From the IMG/VR virus record IMGVR_UViG_3300043499_000238, positions 32,001 to 96,000 of that record: 64,000 nt of DNA; one strand, 5' to 3'. Of this stretch, positions 20,147 to 28,543 are shown piece after piece (position 1 is the first letter of the stretch; the number at the start of each line of letters is the position of its first letter). This DNA comes from a virus. Under the pieces are notes generated by a model. It was given only the letters and a program-made list of their open reading frames with translations. It did not search any database and was not told where the DNA came from. The translations under genes were made by a program, and so were the position numbers.

Positions 20147-20297
20147 ACCTCGATGACCTCGCCGAGTGGCTGGAGCGTCACCCCGAGATCGAGTCGGTGA
20201 CCATCACCGAGGTCACGGAGACCGTCGTCATACCCGAGCTGCCTCAGTACTTCAACGAACTTGACGGATAGACCGCTCAGTGATGTATCATGAAACG

Positions 20298-20447
20298 ATG
20301 TTCGCAGCAGTCACGCATGAGACCGTGAAGCGCTCCAACACCATCGGGATGCTGGTGATCATCATCCTCGTGCTCCTGGCCCTCCTGGTGCTCGACGTGG
20401 TCATCGAGATCGTGCGCATGCACGATCGTCCCAAAGATCGCCGCTGA
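20298..20447 (+). CDS. 49-aa single-TM protein (not in the ORF track)
   Basis: MFAAVTHETVKRSNTIGMLVIIILVLLALLVLDVVIEIV...; promoter TTGACG (20261) to TATCAT (20286), 6 nt, ATG. Confidence 0.65.
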   Translation: MFAAVTHETVKRSNTIGMLVIIILVLLALLVLDVVIEIVRMHDRPKDRR

Positions 20448-20494
20448 CGTTCAGTTAGTCAGCGTCGAGGTCGCTGTCGGCGGACGGCGACAGC

Positions 20495-20530
20495 AAGAGG
20501 CCCACTCCTCCACGAGGGAGTGGGCCTCTT
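20495..20530. terminator. Bidirectional terminator hairpin
   Basis: AAGAGGCCCACTCC-N8-GGAGTGGGCCTCTT between convergent genes. Confidence 0.75.
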
Positions 20531-20707
20531 CGCGTCAGCCCTCGGGATCGTCCTCGTACAGCGCAGCCAGCTCTTCGCTGGCGGCCTCCATCGCCTCAGC
20601 GAGGCGCCCCACGATGGGGTAGGCCGCCGAGGGCAGCGCCTCTTCGAGATCGATGTGGCAGTGGATCATCGGCTGGCTGAGGTCGAGTCGGTTCATGGCG
20701 TACCCCT

Positions 20708-22741
20708 CTACCGGGTCGGCGGCAGCTCGGGCGGAGCTGTCGTGGTGGTCGTGGTCGTCGGCGGGAACGGCCCGTTCGGGTTGGCGCACGCCGCCGTCTC
20801 GGGGGGGTACTCCACGAACGCCGTGGCCGTGGGGTTCACCTCGTAGGTGAGGTTGATGCCGTCGCGTAGGTAGTCGTCGCTCGGGTCGAGCACCCAAAAG
20901 CCGTCGCTGTTCAGCTCCCAGCCGGGCACGTCGGCGATCGAGCCATCGGGGTTCACGGCGGTACCGGGGTACAGCACCTGGACCGTGGTGCCCGGCTCGT
21001 AGACCAGCGGCTGCGACGACACGAAGTTGCCGTTGACATCCCGCATCGTCAGCGTGCCAGTGCGGCCCGCCAGCGACGGGAACTGGTTGCGGAAGATGAT
21101 CTGGATCGTCGGCACCTCACGCTGGCACACCGTCTCAGCGTCTCCGAAGGAGAAGAGGCTAGGGATTGGTGGCGGAACGCTGCTGCTCGTCGTCGTGCTT
21201 GTCGATGACGGCGATGATGTGGTCGAGGACGACGGGCTTGTGGTCGTCGTCGTGGGCGTACCCTGCGTCGTCGTCGGAGCAACCGTGGTGGACGTGGTCG
21301 TCACCGCGGGGAGCGAGGTGGTCGTCGTTGAGGCCGTCGTGGTTGTCGGGGCAGCCGTCGTCGTAGTGGTGCCCCCTCCGGGCACGCTCGTGCTCGTCGT
21401 CGTGCTGGTGCTGCTGGGGACGGTTGTCGTCGTGGATGTCGTGCTGCTTGTCGTGGTGGTGGCCGCTGCGGTAGTCGTAGGGCCAGGGGGCTGGGTAGTG
21501 GTAGTCGAGGTGCTCGTCGTCGGGGCCACCGTGGTGGTGGACGTAGACGTGCTGGTAACCGGCACGGTGGAGGTCGTCGTTGAGGGCGCGGTGGTCGAAG
21601 ACGTCGATGAGGTTGTTGTACCCGCTGTCGTCGTGGTCGTACACGTTCCTGGGTAGGTCACCGAGGCCGTCGCCGTCTCCGGGCCGAGCGAGTAGATCAG
21701 GTTGACGTTCTGCGTCGTGTTCGGGTAGGGGATCGTCACCGTCTGGTTCGACTGGAAGACCAGGAACACCGACCCGCCCGTGCTGAACGACAGGACTCCG
21801 GTCTGACCGTCGAGATCCGGCCGGTTGCCGAAGGTGATCGTGATCGTCGGCTGGCCATCCACGCACGACGTGAAGACGTTAACGCCGAACAGGCTCACCC
21901 TCGGCTGCGTCGTCGTCGTCGTGGACGATGTGGTCGTAGTGGTCACGACGGTAGATGACGTTGTTGGGGCCGTAGACGTAGTCGAGGACGTGGATGTCGT
22001 CGGTGGAGAAGTCGTCGTAGTTGAGGTGGGCGGGGAAGTCGTCGTGGTCGTTGATGTCGGCACCGCCGTGGTCGAGGTGGTCGTGGTCGTGGTCGTTGGC
22101 GTACCGGTGCAGCCGAGCACGCTCGGCTCGTCCTGGCCGATGTCGTAGGCGATCACGATGGAGCGGCCCTGGCGGTCAGCGAAGAACGCACCGTCGATCA
22201 CACCGTTCCAGTTGGGGATCGAGTGGATGTCGACCGAGATCGGGTTGTCGCCGGTCTGGAGCCGCTCATCGACTCCCGGCGTCCCGACGAACTTGCAGAC
22301 GAAGACCTTGTGGCTGACCTCAGTCGTCGTGGTCGCGCCACCCGGCAGCGTCGTCGTCGTCAGAGCTGGGGAGGTGGTAGTCGTCGTAGTCGAGGAGGGG
22401 GCCGTTGTTGACGACGTAGCCGTCGTCGTAGAGGTGGTACTGGATGTGGGTGTCGCCGTGGTTGTAGTACCGCCGTCCACGGTGGTGGTGGTGCGAGGAG
22501 GCGATGTTGTCGTCGGCGCCACCGTCGTCGTGTACTTCGGGATGGTCGACGTCGGCGTGATCGTGTTGTGGGTCGTCGTCGTCGGGTTGTCGTGTGGGGT
22601 CGTGACCGGCGCCTGTGTGGTCGACGTCTCGTACCCGCCCCGGAAAGCGTCGCCAGGCACGTCGAAGAACGCCATCGTGGGCGCCCCCACCGCCACCACT
22701 GCTGCCACGGCCACAACTGCTGCTACCCGCACCTTCATCAA
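20708..22741 (-). CDS. Secreted mucin-like Thr-rich protein with three small Cys-bounded domains
   Basis: Signal peptide; long poly-Thr/Ser/Pro tracts; domains VFVCKFVGTPG..., CVDGQPTITITF... and CQREVPTIQIIF... (the last two resemble each other). Confidence 0.85.
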   Translation of the reverse strand: MMKVRVAAVVAVAAVVAVGAPTMAFFDVPGDAFRGGYETSTTQAPVTTPHDNPTTTTHNTITPTSTIPKYTTTVAPTTTSPPRTTTTVDGGTTTTATPTSSTTSTTTATSSTTAPSSTTTTTTSPALTTTTLPGGATTTTEVSHKVFVCKFVGTPGVDERLQTGDNPISVDIHSIPNWNGVIDGAFFADRQGRSIVIAYDIGQDEPSVLGCTGTPTTTTTTTSTTAVPTSTTTTTSPPTSTTTTSPPTTSTSSTTSTAPTTSSTVVTTTTTSSTTTTTQPRVSLFGVNVFTSCVDGQPTITITFGNRPDLDGQTGVLSFSTGGSVFLVFQSNQTVTIPYPNTTQNVNLIYSLGPETATASVTYPGTCTTTTTAGTTTSSTSSTTAPSTTTSTVPVTSTSTSTTTVAPTTSTSTTTTQPPGPTTTAAATTTTSSTTSTTTTVPSSTSTTTSTSVPGGGTTTTTAAPTTTTASTTTTSLPAVTTTSTTVAPTTTQGTPTTTTTSPSSSTTSSPSSTSTTTSSSVPPPIPSLFSFGDAETVCQREVPTIQIIFRNQFPSLAGRTGTLTMRDVNGNFVSSQPLVYEPGTTVQVLYPGTAVNPDGSIADVPGWELNSDGFWVLDPSDDYLRDGINLTYEVNPTATAFVEYPPETAACANPNGPFPPTTTTTTTAPPELPPTR

Positions 22742-22858
22742 CGCCTCCCAGCATCACCAGATCGGACCCAAACTACTCGACCATCCTTGAAGCAGGTGAC
22801 CCTACTCGCCCTGCCCTTGTTGTGCAATGTGGTTGAATGATGGGGTACCATGGCCTGC

Positions 22859-23161
22859 ATGCAGGACTGGAACGTACCAATCGACGTCAGCCACCAGATC
22901 GCCAGGGCGATCCTCGGCAAGGTCCGCACCGACCTGATCGAGATCCACGAGGCCAACGCCTCCTGGGAGCCGTCGCCCGTACCCGACGACTGGCACCCCT
23001 CCCCCGACGACCACCTCCAGCCACGGGCCTACGCCATGCCGCTGCACGTCCTCGGCGATCGGTGGCTGAGACCGAGCCGCAAGGGTGATGTCGTGACGTT
23101 CTACGACTACTCGATGACCAACGTTCCACGACGAGGTTGTATCCTTGAAGGACCGGGATGA
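22859..23161 (+). CDS. Hypothetical protein (leaderless)
   Basis: TACCAT-7 nt-ATG. Confidence 0.55.
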   Translation: MQDWNVPIDVSHQIARAILGKVRTDLIEIHEANASWEPSPVPDDWHPSPDDHLQPRAYAMPLHVLGDRWLRPSRKGDVVTFYDYSMTNVPRRGCILEGPG

Positions 23162-23177
23162 CCCACAGGAGTATCCG

Positions 23178-23615
23178 ATGACCCAGCCCTCCAAGCCCGA
23201 GGCCGACTCTCAGCCCCTCGTTGGCGCGAGCGAGGCCGCAGAGATCATGGACGTCGAGCTGTCGACGTTCTCGCACCTTCGTCGCCGGGAAGAGGCGGTC
23301 GAGGGATCGAAGTTCCCCAAGCCCGTGGCGATCCTTCGCTGCGGCCCGATCTGGAAGACGACCGACATCAAGCGGTTCGCCAACAAGTACGTGGCGCCGC
23401 GGCCCGGTCCCAAGCCTGCGGCCGAGGTGGCGAAGCCGATCAAGAAGGTCGCTGCCCCGGCCAAGAAGGTGCCCGCCAAGGCGGTCGCCACCAACGGCCA
23501 CACCGAGCCGGAGAAGGCGCCCGCCAAGAAGGTCGCCGCCAAGAAGACCGCTCCGCTGCCCACCAAGCGGCCGTTGAAGCGTGCCCCTCGCACCCCGGAG
23601 ACCGTCGGGGTCTAA
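23178..23615 (+). CDS. AlpA/excisionase-like HTH DNA-binding protein with Lys/Ala/Pro-rich tail
   Basis: LVGASEAAEIMDV...FPKPVAILRCGPIW; PAKK repeats. Confidence 0.75.
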   Translation: MTQPSKPEADSQPLVGASEAAEIMDVELSTFSHLRRREEAVEGSKFPKPVAILRCGPIWKTTDIKRFANKYVAPRPGPKPAAEVAKPIKKVAAPAKKVPAKAVATNGHTEPEKAPAKKVAAKKTAPLPTKRPLKRAPRTPETVGV

Positions 23616-23627
23616 CGTTGGTCAGCC

Positions 23628-24038
23628 ATGGCCTCGAACAGCGATCGCAGACATCTCTCTACACCGGGAGATGGATCGCGTCCGGGGCCATGGTTGCCGT
23701 TCCAGTCGACCCGGCTCAACGTCGCTAGGTACGACTCGGGCCTGCAGCAGATCCAGGTCATCTTCCGCGACGGCACACCGTGGGTCTACGACCAGGTGCC
23801 CCGCAACGTGTGGCGCAACTTCCGTCGAGCACCGTCGCCCGGTAGGTACATCGAGCGGGTGCTCAACGGCTTCCCCTACTTCCAGGGATCGTTCAGCTAC
23901 TCAGGCCACCTCGACACGCGCGACGACGAGGAGTTCGGCGGCGACGTCGAGCCGGAGCGTCAGGTCGTCGGTCAGCAGTTCGGCGGGCCGAGGACAAGCG
24001 GCACGCCGCTCCAGTCGGTCGGCAATCCCTGGGTGTGA
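23628..24038 (+). CDS. KTSC-domain protein
   Basis: STRLNVARYD...IQVIFRDG..WVYDQVPRNVWRNFRRAPSPGRY matches the KTSC pattern. Confidence 0.8.
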   Translation: MASNSDRRHLSTPGDGSRPGPWLPFQSTRLNVARYDSGLQQIQVIFRDGTPWVYDQVPRNVWRNFRRAPSPGRYIERVLNGFPYFQGSFSYSGHLDTRDDEEFGGDVEPERQVVGQQFGGPRTSGTPLQSVGNPWV

Positions 24039-24340
24039 ACAAGGTCTGGCTCCACACCTACTGGTTGGCGTGGGGGCCGATCGCTCCGTCAGTGACGTCG
24101 CTCAGCGATCGCCAGCCACGCATCCAGCGTGCGTGGATGCGCTCGGTCGCACCTCCCTACTACGAGGGCATCGGCATCGCCATCCGCTTCGGCGTCAACA
24201 CCCTCCGCTTCGGTACCTGCACACCGCTCGGCAGTGTCACCCGGCCGGACCTCGATGACGGGATCATCGAGTCGATCTTCGGCCGCCCCGTCGACAAGGA
24301 GCAGGAGGGCACATGGGGTGGCGTAGAGAGAAGCGCCTGA
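24035..24340 (+). CDS. Hypothetical protein
   Basis: ORF coupled to the KTSC gene. Confidence 0.6.
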   Translation: MNKVWLHTYWLAWGPIAPSVTSLSDRQPRIQRAWMRSVAPPYYEGIGIAIRFGVNTLRFGTCTPLGSVTRPDLDDGIIESIFGRPVDKEQEGTWGGVERSA

Positions 24341-24561
24341 CCGAGTACCCGGTGCACGAGGCGGTGGAGGTCTCGTACCAACGCTCGCTGACGATGGACC
24401 GCACGACGTTGCTGACGTGGTCCGAGGCGACGGCCGTCAACATCGATCGGCTGCTCGCCGAGTACCGCAAGGGCCAGCCCAGTGCTGCCATCGAAGCGCA
24501 CCACCAAGCGCTCCAGCTCGTCGGGATGACGCGCGCCATCTACGAGCAGGCCATCGTCTGA
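24313..24561 (+). CDS. Small helical hypothetical protein
   Basis: ORF with SD AGGAGG. Confidence 0.6.
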   Translation: MGWRREKRLTEYPVHEAVEVSYQRSLTMDRTTLLTWSEATAVNIDRLLAEYRKGQPSAAIEAHHQALQLVGMTRAIYEQAIV

Positions 24562-24592
24562 GGTCATGAAACGGTGTCGTACGGTTACCTCT

Positions 24593-24808
24593 ATGAATGT
24601 TCCCGTGATCGCTCGCCAGGTGGCCGACGCCCTCCAGCGGGTGGTCCCTGGTACCGACCTGACCTCCGAGACGTTCGAGGAGGACCGGGTTCGGGTGACG
24701 ATGAACTGGCGCGACGCACTCGTGCTGATCGACTTCATCGAGGAGCACAAGAAGGCGATGAGACCTAGCCAGCGTCAGGTGTCGCTCTTCGGCCCTACCG
24801 ATCAGTGA
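24593..24808 (+). CDS. Small protein ending in QVSLF
   Basis: TACGGT-7 nt-ATG leaderless start. Confidence 0.6.
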   Translation: MNVPVIARQVADALQRVVPGTDLTSETFEEDRVRVTMNWRDALVLIDFIEEHKKAMRPSQRQVSLFGPTDQ

Positions 24809-25242
24809 CGCCGATTGCTGACGAGCTTCATCGGCGGGACGGCGACATACAGCCGGTAGTCCCACGGCCCCAGTGTCTCGCCCGGTCGCTCCCTGAGCGG
24901 CCAGCCAAGCTTGCGTAGGTCGCGCACCCGGCGGAGCGCCTCCGAGCCGTGGACGAGCAGGTCTCTGCCAGGCACCCATTGACGGTTGCGGATCCACAGG
25001 TGCCGCCAGCACTTCCACATCACCGTGCCTCGTACCGCCTCGTACTCCAGCGCCGCCAGGATTGAGTTCCAGGTGCCGTCGTAGTTGGGGCCGACGACCG
25101 CATGCCCATTGCGTTTCGTCTGCAGCTCGAACGTCCCCTCGACATGTCCTATCGGTGCACTCTCCCCGTGCAGTGCATACTCCCGTCCCTGCAGGTCACG
25201 GAAGATGTACGGCTTGCGTTCAGGCACATCGTTGATTATCAC
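24802..25242 (-). CDS. Possible winged-HTH protein
   Basis: GSEALRRVRDLRKLGWPL...WDYRL resembles a wHTH recognition helix and wing. Confidence 0.5.
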   Translation of the reverse strand: MIINDVPERKPYIFRDLQGREYALHGESAPIGHVEGTFELQTKRNGHAVVGPNYDGTWNSILAALEYEAVRGTVMWKCWRHLWIRNRQWVPGRDLLVHGSEALRRVRDLRKLGWPLRERPGETLGPWDYRLYVAVPPMKLVSNRRH

Positions 25243-25274
25243 ACACTCGGAGAGGCCCGTTCTAAGCTGCCCGT

Positions 25275-26861
25275 GTGACGGCAGCCGTACGCGAGATCGC
25301 CGAAGAGCGATACGAGGAGTACGTCGAGGAGCAAGAGGAGGCCGAGGACTTCGTTGAGGTCGACCCCGACTCCGAGGAGTTCATCCACGAGCTGACGATG
25401 CGCTGCATGGTCTTCATGGAGGCGCTGGCCGAGATACAGCTCCACCCCTATCAGAAGGATCTGGCGTACCGCACGATCCAGTCGGTGTTGCTCAACGACG
25501 GCGCCGAGATCACCGCCCTGTGGGCACGCCAGTCCGGCAAATCGACAGCGCTGGCGTCGATCATCGCGACGATGATGGTGCTGCTGCCCAAGTTGGCGGC
25601 CGCCTATCCCGAGCACTTCCCCCAGTTCGCTCGTGGGTTCCTCGTCGGAGTGTTTGCTCCGACTGAGGAGCAGGCGTACACGGTGTGGTCGAAGATCCAC
25701 GACATCCTCACCTGCAAGCGCGGCCGCGAGATCCTCAGCGACGAGGACATCGAGGACGTGCCGCAGAAGGAAGGCTCCAAGGTCAAGGTCGTCCGCCTCG
25801 TCAACAGCGGCTCGCTGTGCCGCATGCAGACCGCCAACCCGAAGGCGCAGATCGAGTCGAAGACGTACCACTTCGTGCTCCTCGATGAGAGCCAGGACTG
25901 CGACTCGGAGAAGGCACGCAAGTCGATCTTCCCGATGCTCGCCTCGACCAACGGCACCAAGGTGTTCACCGGCACCTGCTCGCGCAAGCGCAACTTCTTC
26001 TATGACGCCATCCAGGCCAACAAGCGCAAGGCGCTCCGTCGAGGCTCCCGGCAGGACCACTTCCAGTACAACTGGAAGGTCGTCGTCAAGTTCAACAGCT
26101 TCTACAAGAAGTACATCGCTGGGGAGAAGGAGCGGCTCGGCGAGGACAGTGACGAGTTCCGCCTGAGCTACGCATGCGAGTGGTTGCTGGAGTCGGGGAT
26201 GTTCGTGACCGAGGAGTCGTTGGACTTCCTTGGCGATCCCGGCATGGAGATCCAGCCGTGGTTCGTGGTCGACAAGTGCGTTGCGGGAATCGACGTGGCG
26301 CGCACCAAGGACTCGACCGTCGTCACCGTGATGTGGGTCGACTGGAACAACCCCGACCCGTACGGCTACTGCCAGCACCGCATCCTCAACTGGCTGGAGA
26401 TCCACAACAAGCTGTGGGAGCAGCAGTACGCACAGATCATCGAGTTCCTGTCGCACTACAACGTCGCGATCGTCGGTGTCGACGGTCAGGGCATGGGCCA
26501 GCCCGTCGGCGAGCGCATCGCCCACGAGATGCCGTGGGTCGACGTGCGCATCCTCAGCTCGGACCAGTCCACCCAGGAGAAGCGCTGGAAGCGGCTCAAG
26601 GCGTTGATCGAGCGGCGCATGTTCATCTACCCGGCCGGTCGCAAGACCAAGAGGCTGCGCTGCTACAAGCGCTTCCGGCTGCAGTTCGAGGAGCTGGAGA
26701 CGGCGTACAGCGGCAAGTACATGCTCGCCGCAGCGCCCGAGGCGGTCAACGCCTTCGATGACTACTGCGACTCGGCGGCCCTCGGCGTGGCCGTCACCGA
26801 GGACGAGGACTTCGGCGTGGTGCAGGTGGTCGACTCACCGTTCCATGGTCGCCACCGGTAA
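25275..26861 (+). CDS. terL: Terminase large subunit
   Basis: Walker A ARQSGKS, Walker B VLLDESQ, coupling motif FTGT, nuclease motifs GIDVAR and FDDYCDS. Confidence 0.95.
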   Translation: MTAAVREIAEERYEEYVEEQEEAEDFVEVDPDSEEFIHELTMRCMVFMEALAEIQLHPYQKDLAYRTIQSVLLNDGAEITALWARQSGKSTALASIIATMMVLLPKLAAAYPEHFPQFARGFLVGVFAPTEEQAYTVWSKIHDILTCKRGREILSDEDIEDVPQKEGSKVKVVRLVNSGSLCRMQTANPKAQIESKTYHFVLLDESQDCDSEKARKSIFPMLASTNGTKVFTGTCSRKRNFFYDAIQANKRKALRRGSRQDHFQYNWKVVVKFNSFYKKYIAGEKERLGEDSDEFRLSYACEWLLESGMFVTEESLDFLGDPGMEIQPWFVVDKCVAGIDVARTKDSTVVTVMWVDWNNPDPYGYCQHRILNWLEIHNKLWEQQYAQIIEFLSHYNVAIVGVDGQGMGQPVGERIAHEMPWVDVRILSSDQSTQEKRWKRLKALIERRMFIYPAGRKTKRLRCYKRFRLQFEELETAYSGKYMLAAAPEAVNAFDDYCDSAALGVAVTEDEDFGVVQVVDSPFHGRHR

Positions 26862-26885
26862 CGGGGCGGGAACTACGCTGGGACC

Positions 26886-27287
26886 ATGACGATTGCACCG
26901 AACCCGCTCTTCCCCGAGCGGACGTCCCAGGCGTACGAGCTGGCCTTCGCTGCGAACCCTGCGGGCAACCGCGGGGACATGCGGTTCGAGGAGGGCATCG
27001 GCACCGACACTGACGTCCCCAACGACTTCGTGCGTGGAGCGTTCATGGACCCGACCTCGGTTCCCGGGCGGCTCAGCCACAACAACCCCGACATGGTCTA
27101 CAAGAGCGCCGAGGAGACGATGCGCGAGCGCGCACACGTCGGCAGCGCTTCGTGGATCGAGGCGCCAGCGATGCTGAGCGACTTCGTCGCCGGAGCGGGC
27201 GTCGGCCAGACGCCGCCCTCCTTCGAGATGATCCGCGTGCCCGGCACCTACATGTACCGCCGGGCGCCAACGGTCATTGACGACTGA
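26886..27287 (+). CDS. Phage head-region protein
   Basis: Directly follows terL with its own leaderless promoter (TACGCT-6 nt-ATG). Confidence 0.7.
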   Translation: MTIAPNPLFPERTSQAYELAFAANPAGNRGDMRFEEGIGTDTDVPNDFVRGAFMDPTSVPGRLSHNNPDMVYKSAEETMRERAHVGSASWIEAPAMLSDFVAGAGVGQTPPSFEMIRVPGTYMYRRAPTVIDD

Positions 27288-27293
27288 GCTGCC

Positions 27294-27854
27294 GTGGCGC
27301 GCTCGTACAAGTCAGCGCTGCCGACGTGGTCGACGTACACGCCGCACGTCTCCCCGCTCGGGATCCAGGCGCCTGTGAACCAGGAGACCATCTGGCGTAA
27401 TCGAGCGCGCCAGTTCTCGCCTGCTGGCATCCACGGCGAGATGAACCGCGCCATGCTCGGGATCCAGGCACAGGTGAAGGGCACGGGCGCCGGGTACGCC
27501 GCTGTGCAGACGGTTGGCCACACGCCACTCATCGACGCCGCACAGGGCTTCGCCAACCAGCGCCGCGACGCCCAGCGCACCTGGGCGGCGCACATGCAGG
27601 ACTCGCTCCAGCGTCAGGCGCCCGAGGACATGGTCGCCCCCGGCGAGGCGCCTCCGCAGGAGGAGACGCAGGTGCGTGCCGCACGTACCGCACCCGACAC
27701 CGTCAACCCCGCCGACGTGCAGACCCAGGACGCCGCTCGCGGCTCCGCCGAGCAGATGGTCGGAGGCGTGCTGCGCTCGAAGCGCTCCGGCCCGTCCACC
27801 ATCCCCGTGTCGATGACCCAGTCGGGCATCTTCGTACCCACGAGAGGCAGATAG
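27294..27854 (+). CDS. Hypothetical, largely disordered protein
   Basis: ORF track. Confidence 0.6.
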   Translation: MARSYKSALPTWSTYTPHVSPLGIQAPVNQETIWRNRARQFSPAGIHGEMNRAMLGIQAQVKGTGAGYAAVQTVGHTPLIDAAQGFANQRRDAQRTWAAHMQDSLQRQAPEDMVAPGEAPPQEETQVRAARTAPDTVNPADVQTQDAARGSAEQMVGGVLRSKRSGPSTIPVSMTQSGIFVPTRGR

Positions 27855-27856
27855 CC

Positions 27857-28012
27857 ATGGCAGATCAGGACTACGTCGGGCAGCTCGCCCCCGGTGAAGA
27901 GGCGGCCGGTGGGCCGATCGATGAGCCGTACCAGGGCTTCGCTCCGTACATGCACCAGGGCCAGTCGATGAACGAGGCGTTCGCCGAGGGCGCTCAGGCC
28001 GGTCGCTACTGA
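27857..28012 (+). CDS. 51-aa acidic peptide (not in the ORF track)
   Basis: MADQDYVGQLAPGEEAAGGPIDEPYQGFAPYMHQGQSMNEAFAEGAQAGRY; SD GAGG. Confidence 0.55.
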   Translation: MADQDYVGQLAPGEEAAGGPIDEPYQGFAPYMHQGQSMNEAFAEGAQAGRY

Positions 28013-28051
28013 TCGACCCGGCCCGATAGGGCCGTCGCTTACGCTGGGCGT

Positions 28052-28534
28052 GTGGACACCAACTGGGGTATCAGTCTCGTCCGCACCATCGTTGTTCCGC
28101 TCTCGATCGGCTTGCTCGTCTCGTTGCTGATCCCCTTCGGTGGCGGCTCTTCCTCCTTCGTCGGGATCGCAAGAGTCGCCACCATCTTCTCGATCGCCGT
28201 GGCGTGGTATGTCTGCGCCCGTCTGGCCCAGCGCGCACGCCCGCAGCTCGGCTTCCTCCTCGGAGTCTCTGTCCGACCTCGGTACGGAGAGGACGGTGAA
28301 CACGAGCTAGCGCCGTCCCTCCGACGCACGCTCGTGCCGCTCGCCGTCGCCACGGCGGTCGGGTGCTTGGTTGCGGCGTTCATCGGGGGCGCCACGCCTG
28401 CACTGGCCGTCGTGGCGGCCGCACTTACGTACTACGGAAGCCTCCGCTACATCGAGGTCTACGCCCGTCCCTACTCGACAGCTCGGGACGTCGCTGGGTG
28501 GTTCCTCGGCGCCCGAGCTGTCCCCTACTACTGA
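28052..28534 (+). CDS. Four-TM membrane protein
   Basis: Four hydrophobic segments; leaderless TACGCT-6 nt-GTG. Confidence 0.7.
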   Translation: MDTNWGISLVRTIVVPLSIGLLVSLLIPFGGGSSSFVGIARVATIFSIAVAWYVCARLAQRARPQLGFLLGVSVRPRYGEDGEHELAPSLRRTLVPLAVATAVGCLVAAFIGGATPALAVVAAALTYYGSLRYIEVYARPYSTARDVAGWFLGARAVPYY

Positions 28535-28543
28535 GGAGTCGAC

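Noticed and set aside
20708-22741. GTC/GTG-rich tract as a DNA microsatellite or contingency locus
   Set aside because: It is the reverse complement of poly-Thr codons with varied synonymous positions, so it is a protein-level repeat.
25275-26861. Intein or intron in the terminase
   Set aside because: Normal length (528 aa), contiguous motifs and no intein signature.
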